64,000 nucleotides of DNA from Hemiscyllium ocellatum. Lineage: Eukaryota. The translations under genes and the position numbers were made by a program. Location of the stretch: the NCBI RefSeq assembly GCF_020745735.1, contig NC_083447.1, positions 21,718,755 through 21,782,754 on the forward strand, in the 5' to 3' direction. The notes under the pieces were generated by a model. The model saw only the letters and a program-made list of their open reading frames with translations. It was not told the origin of the DNA and ran no database searches. Position 1 is the stretch's first letter, and each line of letters begins with the position of its first letter. Shown one piece after another: positions 1 through 13,407 of the stretch.

Positions 1-900
1 CAGAACTGACTTAGTCAAAGAAGACAGAGAGTAGCAGTGGAAAGGTTGTATTTTTGACTGGAGATTTGTGACCAGTGATGTTCTGCAGGGATCAATGCGG
101 GGAACCCTGTTGTTTGACAAACATAAATGATATTGAGGAAAATATAGGTTGCCTGAATACTATGTTTGTGGAGCACACAACGATTGATGGAGCTACGCAT
201 AGTGAGAAGGACAGCTAGAGGATAAAGCAGGATACACATTGGCTGGAGACATGGGCAGAGAATTGGCAGTTGGAGTTTAATCTGGAAAACGTGAGGTGAT
301 GATATTTTGGAAGATCTAATGGCAGAACTCTTTATAGCATGAAATACAGAGGGTTATAAGCATACAGATCGACAGATCCCTGAAAGTGACAACATAAATG
401 GATGAGGTGGTCAAGAAACATATAGCATGCTTGCCTTCATCAGTCAGGGTGTAGATTATAAAAACTGGCCAGTCCTGTTGCTGCTGTACAGAACTTTAGT
501 TTGGTCATATTTCAAGTGTGTGTCCAATTCCAGTCACCACAATACTAGCAGGATGTGGAGGCTTTTGAGAGGCTGCAGAAACGGTTTACCAGGATGTTGA
601 TTGGACGATATTAACAATGAGGACATAATGGACAAACTTAATTTGTTTTCACTTGAACGTTGAAGGATGAGGTGCAAGGTAATAGAAATTTACAAAATTG
701 TGAGGTATGGGCAGTTGGAGTCTTTTTTTCCCAGGTTAGAAATGCAAATTATGAGATAAGTTCTTAAAAATAGTTGTACGAGACATGTCTTTCAGAAAGA
801 AGGTGGTAAATGCAAGTAAGGCGCTGCCAGAGGTGGTGGTTTGGGCGAATTCAATAACCACATTTTAAGATGCACCTTGCCAGGCACATTGAATAGGTAG
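1..900 (+). mobile_element. Old degenerate CR1 RT relic (paralogs about 19370-20340, 34860-35370, 51990-52960)
   Basis: Residual DVLQGS..GTLLF, WQLEFNLENVR and GFTRML motifs with many stops. Confidence 0.7.
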
Positions 901-912
901 GGAATAGAGGGA

Positions 913-1558
913 ATCAAGATTAAAATGGTGCTGGAAAAGCGCAAGAGATCAGGCAGCATCTGAGGAGCAGGAAAATCGATGTTTTGGGCAGGAGCCCTTT
1001 GTCAGGAATGTGGCTGCGAACCTCCGGGACGATAAATAAATTGGAGGAGGGTGGGGATGGGGAGAAAGTATCTAAGAGTCAAATAGGTGGATGGAAGTGG
1101 GGAAAAAGGTGATAGGTAGGAGGGGAGGTTGGAGTAGATGCGTTGGAAGGAAGATTGGCAGGTAGGATAGGTGATGAGGATGGTGCTGAGCTGGCAGCAT
1201 GGAACTGGGGCAAGGTGGGATGTGGGAAAATGAGGAGACTGGTGAAAATCACCATCTCATAACCCGTCATACCTGCCAAACTTCCTTCTTACCTTTCCAC
1301 TCCACCCTCCTCTCCCATCTATCACCTTTATCCCGACCTCCATTTACCTATTGCACTCTTAGCTACCTCTTCCCCAGACCCACCCCCCCTCTCATTTATC
1401 TTTCCATGCCGGTGGATCCCTGCCTCATTCCTGCTGAAGGCCTTCTGCCCGAAACGTCGATTTTACCGTTCCTTGGATGCTGTCTGACCTGCTGTGCTTT
1501 TGCAGCACGACTCTAATCTTGACTCTGATCTCCAGCATCTGCAGCCCTCACGTTCGCC
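913..1558. mobile_element. Inverted pair of PLE 3' termini
   Basis: Left arm (minus) and right arm (plus) both resemble 50480-50850. Degenerate core CTGCTGA...GAAACGTC at 1431-1458. Confidence 0.75.
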
Positions 1559-3338
1559 TAGAGGACAGAGAGATATGGACCGTGTAGAGGCAAAGACTTT
1601 TAGTTTAGAAAAACGTCATATGTCAGTGAAGTCTTGGCAGGCTGCAAGACCAGTTCCAGTGTTGTCCTCTTCTTTGTATTTTATTGAAGCTGTTTATACA
1701 AAGATATAAATATAAGTTACACAAACGCAACGTACGAATATTAAAACATTCGATATTGAAGATTTTTGTCCAAAAATGTTTTTTAAAAACTCGGAAAAAT
1801 ATTGACAAACTGTAACTTGTGTTGTGACAGACGGATCTTAACTATTTAAAGCTTTATTAATGATTTTGTTGAGGAACAATTGTTGCAGTCAAATACAATG
1901 ATACGAAAGCACGCTGTGAGGAAGGACACAAGCAGCCTGCAAATAGATAAAGTTGGTGATGTGGGTGAGGAAACATTTTGGAAGGTAGATTGTGATGTGC
2001 AAAAAACGCAAAAGTTTTTGATATTCTCAAGACAAGTACTGTAGAAGAGACCTGACCAGGACAAAATTTCAGCAGGCAGCAGAATTCAGGCACATAGCTG
2101 TTTATTCAAGCAATTACCAGTAACATGCAGAAAGTGGCAATCGAGAATTCCACACAGCACTGTGTCAAATGTACTCCACCCTCGTGCTAGCAGATTCTCA
2201 ATTTATATATTTTCCTTGCCCCTCTCTGAAACGGCTGTGCTCATCCACTCCTCTGTATACTATTGGTCAAAGGTGCTGGGTTGTCGAACTGTGATTGGAT
2301 CCTTTTTATATCATTCTATACCAACAATTTGCTTGCTGCTTTGTGTTTAACTGCCAATTAATTAGATAGGGAACTTTTAAGTTTCTCATTGCAGGGAATA
2401 TAAAGAAATATTGATCTTTGATCAGTTCCAACAAACTTACGTGGTTACATCGAAAGACTGATTTCTTCAAGCTAGCAAGTTGTGTGTCGATGTGTTCATT
2501 CAATTCACATTCCAATGTCTGATCATCTTTGTCGTCACTGTAATGACAAGCAGTTGGGAGTGGGAAGTGGTAGGGTGTGTGGAGAAGCTACTATTGCATG
2601 AAACTATTTTGAATCTGTTTCTCTAATGCTTTTAGTGACCTTTTTGTCTATATGTTGATACATAATTAAGTCTGAATCCATATCTGAAGGGTAGTAACTA
2701 TAACTTACTCTTAATATTGTATCAGATTGATTAATAATTCAAGAGAAACAACAATTTAGTTTGAAATGCCCTTACTAGGTGAGCTACTGCAGTTGTAATT
2801 CTATCCCAGCTAGTAGCCTTCATTACACAGACCTGCTACTGTTCTGCTTGTGGAGACAACATTAAGAAAATATTTCCAAAGCTGCATAACTACTGGCAGC
2901 CATATTCTGCAGAGCGAGAGGGACAACTGTCAGTCATTTTGTGCTGCTCAGTTGTGGGCAGCCTGAATAAATACAAAAGTAGCATAGAATTAGAGAGACT
3001 GAAAAATTCTGCAATGCAGAAGGTTCTGGGTCTCCTCATGCATGAACATGATCAAAATATAAGTTTGTGTCGGGGAACAACAAGTAAATCAGAAGGCAAA
3101 TGGAATGCTGCCCTTTGCTATAAGAGGTGCAGAGTTTTTTAAAAGGGGGGCGGAGGTGTCGCAAAGCTTGTCCTTTTTTTCTAAAAGTTGTTTCTTTCTC
3201 AAGGATACTGTGCCCTTGATTTTTTTTCCCCCAGGGAAGTCATAAGCCATGCCAGGCAACGATCAAACTGTTTTGGTACAAAGATGAAAAGGATTTTGGG
3301 AGGCCTTTTGTTTATATATAAACAGATGAGACTTCAGG

Positions 3339-3595
3339 AGAAAGTGAGGACTGCAGATGCTGGAGATCATAGATGAAAATGTGTTGCTGGAAAAGCGCAA
3401 CAGGTCAGGCAGCATCCAAGGAGTCGGAGAATCGACATTTCGGGCATGAGTGTTTTGGTAAGACCTTCCACCCCGACCATTTACTAACACCTTCCACCCT
3501 GACCAATTCCTGAAGAAGGGCTCAGGCCCGAAACGTCGATTCTCCTGTTCCTTGATTGCTGCCTGACCTGCTGCGCTTTTCCAGCAACACACTCC
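3339..3595. mobile_element. Short PLE-terminus derivative with inverted arms, 16-bp TSD
   Basis: TSD CAGATGAGACTTCAGG at 3323-3338 and 3596-3611. CTGAAGA-AGGGCTCAGGCCC-GAAACGTC at 3510-3537. Confidence 0.85.
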
Positions 3596-4859
3596 CAGAT
3601 GAGACTTCAGGCCAAAGTGGTCATGTTTTGGAAGTGATCTGTATGATGAAAGGGGAGTGGTCAGCTGTCCAGATGAGTAGTTCAGTTCAGCCCAGAACTA
3701 ATTGGCAGTGGAACAGGGAGCTGTGTGGAAACACTCTCTCTCTCCTTCTACTCTTCTACCTTCACTCTGTAAGCATCTGTTACTTTTTAAAACTGTGCTT
3801 CAAGAGGGTTTGCTTGGTAGATTCGCAATAGTATAATTAAATTTAGTTTGGATAGACTGAGCTCTGTAGAGGTTTCTAACTCTGTTCCTTGTGTTCAATT
3901 GTGTAACTTTGTGAATAGGGTTTTGTCTTTTTAAAACCTGATAATCAACCTAGCTACCTTACTGCGGCTAATTTTCATTGTGCACTTGCCAAAACAAACT
4001 GTACAGTTATGGTCTAAGTTGCCTAATCAAGAATATTTTGAATGGTCTAGCCTAGTCCACAACAGTCTTCATTGAATCTTTGTGGTCCATCTTGGTCTGG
4101 ATTTGGAAAGATAGTTGCTGCTCTCGCAACAGTGAAATATGTATGTCATGGTAATCAGAAATATTGTGAAAATTCACTTTTCCAGAGACTCCAATTTGCA
4201 ATGCATTCCATGAACCAGACAGTGACTAGAAGTTTCTGATCAGTTGTGTTATGGACTAGACCAGACTCCCTGAAAATATTTTAAGAAGGTCATCTCGATG
4301 CTAACATTTTTTCATTTTAAATGCAAAAGTGAAAATGATAATCCAGGTGTGAGACAACTGATCAAACCACTCGACTTTAAGCAAAGTAGAATTTATTTAA
4401 ACACTACAATTGAAACACAAGCAGAATTTAGAATAAGTTCACAGACCCAAAACAGCAAGTTACCTTATTAACTGTTCCAACATAGCAACATACCGTAAAC
4501 GCATCCCTTAACAAAAGAATAAATTCAAACACAGATTCTTACAGGCAGGAAAAAACACCATCGAAAGAGATTTTGGAGAAAGTCAGTTAGAAATCATTTA
4601 CTGAAGCTTGCAAACCTTCTGGTACTCAAAACATCTTCTTACTGGTAGAGCTAAAACAAAACCTAGAAAACTCTGGACTGAGAGAACTGACCACTCCCCT
4701 TCTATTACTAAACTGTTTTAGCTTTCCAGCTCCCCAGACTCCTCCTCTCCCCTGCCTTTGCAACCACTCTTCAAAGAAACCCAGGACAAAATAATATTTT
4801 TAAAGTAACAGGATCATCAATAATCCTTATTCAAACCCAAATTGGGTAGAAGATTGGTC

Positions 4860-7050
4860 ACTTTAGGTACTATGAGTTTCAGAACCCAACGGGTTCAGTG
4901 TGTTGAAGTCATTAACAGGCAATGTCTGGGAAACTAAAACAGGTCTATAAAGTTGACACACCACAGAGGCTGAAAAGTACAATATGTATGGGAGAAATCA
5001 ATAATTCTGGAAGTAAATTCGAAAATGTGTTAAGCTACATGTGAATGGCCATACCACTGAAAAGGTTAGCAAACAGTGTCTCGGTGCTACCAGGCAAGTT
5101 TACGTGCCTTTAAAAGAAAACATTACAACGTTCCTCAATTAAGCTACGGGGAGTTGGAGAAAATTAAGTCAAAATAATGGGCCACATCGCATCGAAGGTC
5201 AGATTCAAAATGAACAAGACAGTCTCAGTCTGATGTTCAAAATCAGAAATGTTCCCCTTCTAATGAATGCATGTCTGCTAACAGATGACGTTAACTCATG
5301 AGAACTTCTGCATACAACAGGTGCAGATTCAAGGGCGTGATTTTTAAAGAGAATTCCCAAGATGTTTTGGAAATTTGAAGCTAGAATATCACATTGCCTA
5401 TTCAATTTCATACTAAAAAGGTCACATCCACTTCTGTGCAAGCTTTAAAAAATATCATCTGCTCAGACAAGATGCAATTTCACTCGTTACAGTTTATAGG
5501 GGATGACGTTCAATAATGGTTGCAGTTCCTAAATCTATTGGGACTGTAATAATCTGAACCTAAGGCAATGAAATTTTCCCAAATCTGACGGTCCAATGCT
5601 TTATTTAATTGATTAAATACGTATTTTAAATTTGCTGATTTCAATAGATGTAAGTTGAGCAAGAGAACGCTATTCACCAAAATTGACACAACCGTTGTTT
5701 TCATAAACACCCCCAATATGAAGATTTCAGAAATCTGACTCAATCAGAGCAGCGCTTCACAATGTAAGTCCAATGTTGAATTAGAAGTGCGAATTTGCAC
5801 AGACTTAACTCTAGGTATCCCAGTCAACCTGTAGAACACCACGACCAATAAAGATTTCCACCAGCATCAAATTACTAAGTTTTAAAGATTCCCTTGAATA
5901 TAAACCAGGTGAAAATCTTGTTACTAAGTGTAGCAGGAGTACATTGGTCATTGAGAAAGGGAGCACGCCAGTGTTAACAGTGAACAGAGTGATTAAATCG
6001 AACAACTCATGATCAGAAATACTGGCATTTAACAATACAAGCCTGGACCATCATAGCACCCAAAGCACCTTCAGCAGGATTAGGGAAAGTACTCTGTCAG
6101 GTATAGAAAGATGAAAAGCAGAATCTGTCTGGATCACTCATTGAGACGGACCAGCAATATGCAAAGATTGAAGTGATTTTAACATAGGCATGCAATAAAA
6201 CATCTGACTATTTAATAAAACTGTAGTTTAAGATTAAAACCGGCAATAAACCATTGGTCACCCTGCTGAATACAAAATAGTGACAGCTAAGACGCAACCC
6301 CAGAATTCAAGAGCTCAGATTGAGGCTGATGACGTATGGGTTAGCCATTCAATCTGTGCAGGTGAGTACTAGATACCATTCAGGGTAACAGTAATTACAC
6401 AGTGAAAACAGATTTCGCCTTCACTTAGGAGGCTGAAGTCTATATCTCAGAAAGTCAGAAAACTAGATATTTCAGGAAGCTAAAAAATGTGATGTAGAAT
6501 GTAACTTAATGTCGAATGTGTCTTATGTATTTGATGGAGCTGTTCAGGCAATATAATCAATACTTCTAATTTCTGTCAGGACTTGGAGAAATGTCGACAC
6601 CTCACTCTCATCAATGACTTCCCAAAGTTTGAAGAGCAATTGGTGATACTAGGAGCAACAATACCTGAAATTCTTCAGATAATTCATTTGGACCGTTTAG
6701 TCATTACAAAGTGTTAATTCAAGAGTGCAACTGGCAGTGTGGCGTCCAGAGGTTTCTTAAGATGCAACGAAATATTTGTTTTTAAAAAGTGAAAAGGGCT
6801 AGGAGTCAAACAGCAGCACTTTGGAGACTAATTGCAGTTAGATACCATGCAGACGATTAAAAGCAAAAGTCAGATCGAGTGGAAGTTGTCGCAAATTACC
6901 CATGAAGTTGTGGATTCACTTCAAGGTTTCAACCTTCATGCTGGTGATTTTTGCTTGCAATTCTTTGTGATATAATAAATATAAGGGAGACAGAAGAAAG
7001 AACTGAATTTGTCATGATTACTAAAAATTCAGAAGACGCTGAATCCCTCC
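4860..7050 (+). mobile_element. Possible highly decayed Ty3/Gypsy pol (integrase-like) relic
   Basis: Residual IPEILQIIHLDRLVITKC (HHCC-like) and PKSDG (HPQSNG-like); heavily stopped. Confidence 0.3.
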
Positions 7051-7059
7051 AGTGTGGAG

Positions 7060-7335
7060 ACGTGTCTTTCAGTCCAACAAGTCCACACCGACCCTTCAAA
7101 GAGGTACCCACCCAGACCCTAACCTATGCACCGCTGAACGCTGTGGGCAATTTAGCATAGCCAATTCACCTGAGCTGCACATGCTTGTGTTTGGAACAAA
7201 ACCTGAGCACAAGAAGGAAACCTACTCAGACACGCAGAGAATGTGCGAACTCCACACAGTCACCCAAGGCTCGAAGTGAATTTGGGTTTCTAATGCTGTG
7301 AGGCAGCAGTACTAACCACTGTGCCACCACGTCAC
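7060..7335 (-). mobile_element. Old SINE downstream of A genes (paralogs about 23170-23435, 37840-38105, 55835-56075)
   Basis: Minus-strand GTGGCACAGTGGTTAGTACTGCTGCCTCACAGC head and SINE core; present in all four copies. Confidence 0.7.
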
Positions 7336-7769
7336 CCACAATATAGATGCAAATAGATAAATAGCTTTCTGATATTCCTGAGTAATAACTTCAAGCAAAG
7401 TTGAGTAGTTCCCACTTTTCTGGGATAAATCATTTTGTAAAGGTTTTTCAACCAATCCCAGATCATAAAAGTTGGATATCCGCTTCCACCATTTCCCTTG
7501 TGGAACCATGGATGAGACGCGTGTATTTCGTTGACCTTAAGCGCCATCTGCTGATTCTGTGGAGAAAGAAATATTTTTACTGTTCTCCGAGACAACAGTC
7601 ATCGACTTTCAGTTGCGGGCTCAACTTTAGTAATCCAATTCCAGTGCATTTATAGCTACCTTTTTAAAATATGTCTATTCTCATTGTAATCGGCGCGGCC
7701 ACTCTGCATAACGTAAACAAAACAGTGTCTGATTCTGTTACATACAGCAGTTTCCTGTTGCCTTCGGGA

Positions 7770-7808
7770 GGTTTTTGTTGAGCTGCTCCCTCTCTCTGCG
7801 TCACTGTG
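7770..7808 (-). other. 23-RSS of A1
   Basis: CACAGTG (7808-7802), 23-nt spacer, ACAAAAACC (7778-7770). Confidence 0.95.
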
Positions 7809-8244
7809 AAGACTCCAGGCGCAGTAATACACGGCTGAGTGATTCGCTCGAAGGCTGGACGATTTCAAGTTGAACACAGAAGCACTTGGTCGCTCAGCGG
7901 TGAAACCGTCTACTGACCCGTCTGGAATTGCATACTGTGTAGTACTGGAGTAAAACAATAGCTGCAGTTCCTTCCCTGGATATTGTCTATACCAGTACAT
8001 GTAATCATTACTGGCTACCTCAACCATACACTTCAGTTCCACACTATCGCTAACAACTTTGGAAACAGATGGGGGAGTCTGGTGGACAGTCACTGAGTTC
8101 ACGTCTGAGGAAGAAATGGAGAGAAAGAATGTCAATCAAGTGTTTGGAGAACGTGAAATAAATTAAACAGATAACGTTATGAAAGGAAATAATAAGATAT
8201 CACTTACATCGAAACAAAATCATGAGACACACTATCAAATGCAT
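7809..8244 (-). CDS. TRBV: TCR V segment A1, apparently functional; leader exon 8244-8208, intron 8207-8105, V exon 8104-7809
   Basis: Leader MHLIVCLMILFR with GTAAGT donor and CAG acceptor. V exon VNSVTVHQTPPSVSKVVSDSVELKC...MYWYRQYPGKELQLLFY...AVYYCAWS is open with both Cys and the Trp. Consensus 23-RSS follows. Beta-chain assignment is inferred from the QxP start, LQLLFYS, CAWS and the 23-RSS. Confidence 0.9.
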
Positions 8245-8351
8245 CTTTTACTTCAAATTTTCTTGTCGCCGAAAAAGAGCCAACTGGAGAAAATCTAATC
8301 ACTTTAAAACGAAAGCTTTCAAATGACTTAGAAAATGAAAAGGGATACGGA

Positions 8352-8360
8352 AGTGATGCA
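8352..8360 (+). promoter_or_regulatory. CRE/decamer-like motif AGTGA(T/C)GCA about 105-110 bp upstream of A-family ATGs
   Basis: AGTGATGCA at 8352, AGTGACGCA at 39126 and 57078, mutated to AGTGGTGCA at 24448. Resembles the CRE-like decamer of mammalian V-beta promoters (inference). Confidence 0.35.
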
Positions 8361-9066
8361 GGTTTGAACAATATACCCCTCCCACTCAGTCTGAAAATCC
8401 CACCCCTCTCTCTCCATGATTGGCTGAAGGAAAGCACATAAGAACAACAGATTTCAAAGGAGACAGAGACAATGAATTTTGGTGGACAAAGCAGGGGCAG
8501 GTAGTTTAACGTGGACATAGAGTCATAGTCAGAGAGATAGAAGCAGATCTTTCGGTCTAACTCGTTCATACGGACCAGATATCCTAAAATAATCTAGTCC
8601 CATTTCCTGGCACTTGTCCTATATCTCTCAGGTTACCGATGATTTGCCAAAGTAAGAGAAGTCAGTGTACTGCGAATTGTTGAAAAGCGAGCACCTCTGG
8701 AAATGTGAATGAATTGCATTGTCTCCCATCGGAATGCAAATGGAATTTATGGATACTGGTAGAATACAACATAAAATCTAATCAAAGGCTTGCCTCTATT
8801 TCAAGAGAACGGCATTCAACATGGAGGAAGTTATTGTTGAAAACACTGACCAGATTCCGTCGAGAAAATGTATTTCAGTCCCGGGCACATGCCACAGGGA
8901 GGACGTCTTCAGCTTAGAGGGGGTGCTTAGTGGATTCAGGGTTGATACGGGGTTTTAAGGATTCAATAGTAAGGACAATTTGCAACAAACTGTCTGTGTT
9001 GAACACAGAATATCGGGGGTGATCCACCGGTGAACCTTCTTTTCCACTTTGACATGAATATTCTCT

Positions 9067-9086
9067 CAATCTCTCTCTCACACACA

Positions 9087-9125
<39 letters not shown>
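9067..9125. repeat. (CT)n(CA)n microsatellite; paralogs about 25165-25230, 39825-39870, 57795-57845
   Basis: Visible dinucleotide runs of differing length in each copy. Confidence 0.95.
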
Positions 9126-9128
<3 letters not shown>

Positions 9129-9601
9129 CGCTTGGTGGTATTACTTCATTCAAGATTCTTTTCGGTTAACAAAATAAAGCCGGACCTCAGCTCAACACAG
9201 ACGATTCAAAGCGGGACCTAACACCCAAAGTGCATTGCTTAACCTGAGATAACACCTCTTGTACGTTGATCAATCCTTTAAGTATCTAGGGACAAAAAGT
9301 TGAAAGGAACCTGGATTTTGTATTTTCATCAGCAGTCTGCCTCCTAGCTGGTTAAAGATTCAACCAGGGCAGCTAGGTTTAAAGTTGTTAACATTTTTAT
9401 TTATAAATACTGTATCTTATACCTCCCTATCAGACCACACCTGAGGAAGGAGCGGACCTCCAAAAGTTTGCAATTTTAAATAAACGTTTTGGACAATAAC
9501 CAGGTATCATTTGATTTTTGATCTTGTCCACCCCAGTCCAAATCCGGCATCTCCACATCATGAATAATAATTAGTGTGGGAGCTGGAATAATGAATCTAA
9601 G

Positions 9602-10585
9602 CTGAGAGTTTGTGTTGCAAACGTTTCGTCCCCTTTCTAGGTGACATCCTCAGTACTTGGGAGCCTCCTGTGAAGCGCTTCTGTGATGTTTCCTCCGGCA
9701 TTTATAGTGGCTTGTCTCTGCCGCTTCTGGTTGTCAGTTGCTGTCTGCTGCAGTGGACGGTATATTGGGTCCAAGTCGATGTGTTTGTTGATAGAATCTG
9801 TGAATGAGTGCCATGCCTCTAGGAATTCCCTGGCTGTTCTTTGTTTGGCTTGCCCTAAACTAATAATGTTGTCCCAGTCGAATTCATGTTGTTTGTCATC
9901 TGCGTGTGTGGCTACTAAGGATAGCTGGTCGTGTCGTTTCGTGGCTAGTTGGTGTTCATGGATGCGGGTCGTTAGCTGTCTTCCTGTTTGTCCTATGTAG
10001 TGTTTTGTGCAGTCCTTGCATGGGATTTTGTACACTACATTGGTTTTGCTCATGCTGGTTATCGGGTCCTTCGTTCTGGTGAGTTGTCTGAGAGTGGCTG
10101 TTGGTTTGTGTGCTGTTATGAGTCCTCGTGGTCGCAGGAGTCTGGCTGTCATTTCGGAAATGCTCCTGATGTATGATAGTGTGGCTAGTCCTTTGGGTTG
10201 CGACATGTTCTCGTTCCATTGTCTTTCCTTTAGGCATCTGTTGATGAAATTGCGCGGGTATCCGTTTTTGGTGAATACCTTGTATAGGTGTTCTTCTTCC
10301 TCTTTTTGCAGTTCTGGTGTGCTGCCGTGTGTTGTGGCCCTTTTGAATAATGCCCTAATGCAACTTCGTTTGTGTGTGTTGTGGTGGTTGCTTTCATAGT
10401 TCAGGACTTAGTCTGTGTGTGTGGCTTTCCTGTATACCTTTGTGCTGAATTCTCCGTTCGGTGTTCTCTATAACATCACGTCTAAGAATGGGAGTTGTAT
10501 GTCCTTTTCTTCCTCTCTGATTAATCTAGTTCCTGTGAGTGTGGCATTGATGAGCCGGTGTGTGTTTTCTATTTCTGTGTTTTGT
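9602..10585 (-). mobile_element. 5'-truncated Penelope-like element (Poseidon/Penelope type): RT thumb plus GIY-YIG endonuclease
   Basis: QLPFLDV...TKVYRKATHT*VLNYESNHHNTHKRSC, then ORF 10206-9637 with VVYKIPCKDCTKHYIGQTGRQLTTRIHEH. Absent at the paralogous sites in copies 2-4. Confidence 0.9.
9617..9656 (-). ncRNA. Degenerate type I hammerhead ribozyme motif at the PLE 3' terminus
   Basis: Minus strand: gta CTGAGGA t gtcacct-agaa-aggggac GAAAC GTT tgc (CUGANGA, stem II, GAAA, palindromic ACGU stem III, NUH). Confidence 0.6.
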
Positions 10586-10849
10586 TTGTTTGTTTCTTTC
10601 CATATTTGTTGTTGTAACGTGTATTATGTTGACCCTAATTCGCCAACTGTTCAAAATGGACATGGTCTACTGGCTGAAAGAGCTCAACCCGTGGAAAGCA
10701 TTTTGGACCCCTATCAATGTAAGTCATTGTCAAATTTTGCGGGCACCTCTTTCTGAACTCCATGCCAACATATTCAATGCACCGTTCTGTCTTCTCCAAC
10801 TCACGCTCTAATCACAGGGTCATTACAGTGTAAAAGGAAACCATTCAGC

Positions 10850-11700
10850 TCATCACATCTGTACGGCTTGTCCAGCATTCTAACTTAGTTGAACGTCTTC
10901 TGCTGTTTCCTGGTAGGCCTGCGCATTATGTTTGTTTAAATACACATCTCACTCCCTCTTGTGTAACTCAGTAAAACTCACCCCCGCAACAGTTCCGATT
11001 ACTACCTTCTATATTCCAATTGCTCGCTGCGTTGAAACACATTTGCTTTTTTTTTGCAAAATAGCTCTGAAGCGCACCCTCTGGTTCTCTATCTTTTTTC
11101 TAAGTGGGAACTTTTCCTCCCTATCTACTCTGTCAACATCCGTCGCTTTTCAAACCTTCTGTCAATTCGTCGTTTGCCTTCTCTTCATCAAGGAGGCCAA
11201 TTTCACTGTTTTCGGTCTATCGTCAGAACTGAAATACTACATCCCCGGAACCATTCTTATGAACCTTATCAGCACGCTCTCTATTGCATTCATAGTTTCA
11301 AGCCCAGACCTGTTAGAATACTGTATATTTTAATAACGGCTCTGTCCATTACCTTCAATGGCTTATACACATGTACCTGCAGGTCACCCTGCTCCTGCAC
11401 ATCCAGTAGAGTTTTGCTGAACATTATACTCGCTATGCTTCTCTTGAATTTCCCTTTGGGATTATTTATGTATCATAATCATTCTTTCCTTGCCTTCCAG
11501 AACAGAAACATTTTCTGACATGAATCCTTTCATAATTATAAAGAACTTTATTAGATACGTTCAGAATATTCCAGTTTCAACTGATATGGGAGGATTACTT
11601 TAAGGCATTGTTGAAATTTCTTAGTTCTGGGAACCTCCCTGTGTAGTTGCCTTTTTACGCTTCCCAGTTTTCCTCAATCTAGCTTTCCGCTAACTCGTTC
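10850..11700 (-). mobile_element. Very old CR1/L2-like RT 3' relic downstream of C genes (paralogs about 26100-27030, 40900-41830, 59230-60130)
   Basis: Minus-strand residual RFIRMVPGM, KRR, VDRVD and STQRAIGI motifs. Confidence 0.5.
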
Positions 11701-11817
11701 TATCAAATGACAAGCAAATACAGCAGGTCAAGGAAAAGCACTGTTTTGACGAAGGCAGCTATTTCCTGCCTCCTTTGGGGTATTTGTTGAAGTGCCCCCT
11801 CTCACTGAGACGCTGTG

Positions 11818-12122
11818 TACTCTCTCGGTGCTGTTGTACACGTTTTTGTGACTCAGACCAGGGTGGACGTTTGCAGGTCGAACTCAGAGTCATTCGGTCT
11901 GTCGGCGGTTCAACCGTCAATCGGCTGGTTTAGAATCACAGACTGTGCAGTAAAGGCAGTGAAACATCAGTTGCGGATCTTTCCCCGCTTGTTGTCTATA
12001 CCAGTAAATGTAAGGACCGCTGGTTCCCCGCTCGATGCACCTCAGTTCTACTCTCTGCCGAGGATTGCTGGAGACAGCTGCGGAAGTCTGTCCGATCGTC
12101 TGTCCGATCATGTGTCCGGCGC
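11818..12122 (-). pseudogene. TRBV: TCR V pseudogene C1 (leader and intron deleted, frameshifts)
   Basis: IGQTIGQTSAAVSSNPRQRVELRC...YIYWYRQQAGKDPQLMF, then frameshifts. RSS CACAGCG/23/ACAAATACC at 11817-11779. About 200 bp carrying leader and intron is missing relative to C2-C4. Confidence 0.85.
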
Positions 12123-12347
12123 CTGAGTTTAGGATCTTGTAATGAGACACCCGTTTTCTGAGGAATCATCTTGATGACCAGGAAGAATTGAAGAAGGTTG
12201 GTACGTGCCATCTACCTCGTTCTATCCAATCAGAATGAATGTGCTTATTTCTTTGAAATTCCTCCTCAGTCGGTAAATGAAAATGCAAGCAAGCGCGTCT
12301 GGATTCCCGATTAGTCACAAGTGCACTGACAAGTATACATGCAGTGG

Positions 12348-12475
12348 GAAAAAGTGAGGACTGCAGATGCTGGTGGCCAGAGATGAGAGTGTGGTGCTGG
12401 AAAAGCACAGCAGGCCAGGCAGCAGCCGAGGAGCAGGAGAATCGACGTTTTGGGCGTAAGCCCTTTATCAGGAAT
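12348..12475 (-). mobile_element. PLE-terminus fragment upstream of C genes (paralogs about 27945, 42760, 61025)
   Basis: GAGGACTGCAGATGCTGG...GCTGGAAAAGCACAGCAGG...AAGCCCTTTATCAGGAAT present in all four copies, so ancestral. Confidence 0.75.
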
Positions 12476-13407
12476 GGGTGTGTCAGATATGTCAAGCGGA
12501 CATACAAAGCGTACTTCTCATCCAGACTATCAGTCTGGACGAACTCAAAGAATCGCACTATTTCCATTTTTAAATTTCAAAAGCACACTTTATTTCTCAT
12601 AATATCTTTATTTCAGACATAGTCACCAGAACAGTCCGCTTCTGTACAATAGGGTATGAAGCAAAAGCAGACATTATCTATTTAGCAGACAAACAAAGAT
12701 AGGAATATCCACTGGATACATTTCAAGAAAATTGAATAAACATCAACAGAAATATTCCACAATTGACGAGACATTGACTTTCATAGAATTCCGATAGAGT
12801 GGAATCAGTCCATTCAGCCTATCAATTCCACGTCAACCCTGCAAAGAGCATCCAACTCCTCTACCTAATCATTGGACTGTGGGAGGAAACCAAAACACCC
12901 AAAACGGCATCCATGCCAATGCAGGGAGAATTGGCAAATGCCACACAAGCAGCCACTCATGGTTGGAAAAGAGCCCAAGTTCCTTGTGCTGTAAAGCAGC
13001 AGTGCTCAGCACTGAGCCACTAAGCCACCTCAGCTTGAGTTTGCCATATTTCACTACCTATGTTGCCAGTTTAATTGGAAGCACAATAGATTAAAGAAGA
13101 CAGACATTTGAAGGCTGGAAAAATTGACTGAAATGTAGTACTGGATGTTTGCATGCTTAGAGTCAATATAATGTATTGTAGTTTACAAATGACATAAAGC
13201 TAAGGGTTGTGAGAAATTAAGCCATATTTGTGTATTGGTTATTCGTTTGTTAAAGGGGAATCTGTCGTAGTACTATGGCTTTAACAGATGCATTTTGTCT
13301 GGCTTTTTTTTATGAAGAAGGCTCAGACAGAGGTGCAGACCGATCTGCTCAAAATCAATGAAGCAAACAACATACTGAAGCCTTGGGCCTTTTCTTTAAA
13401 TTAAGTC

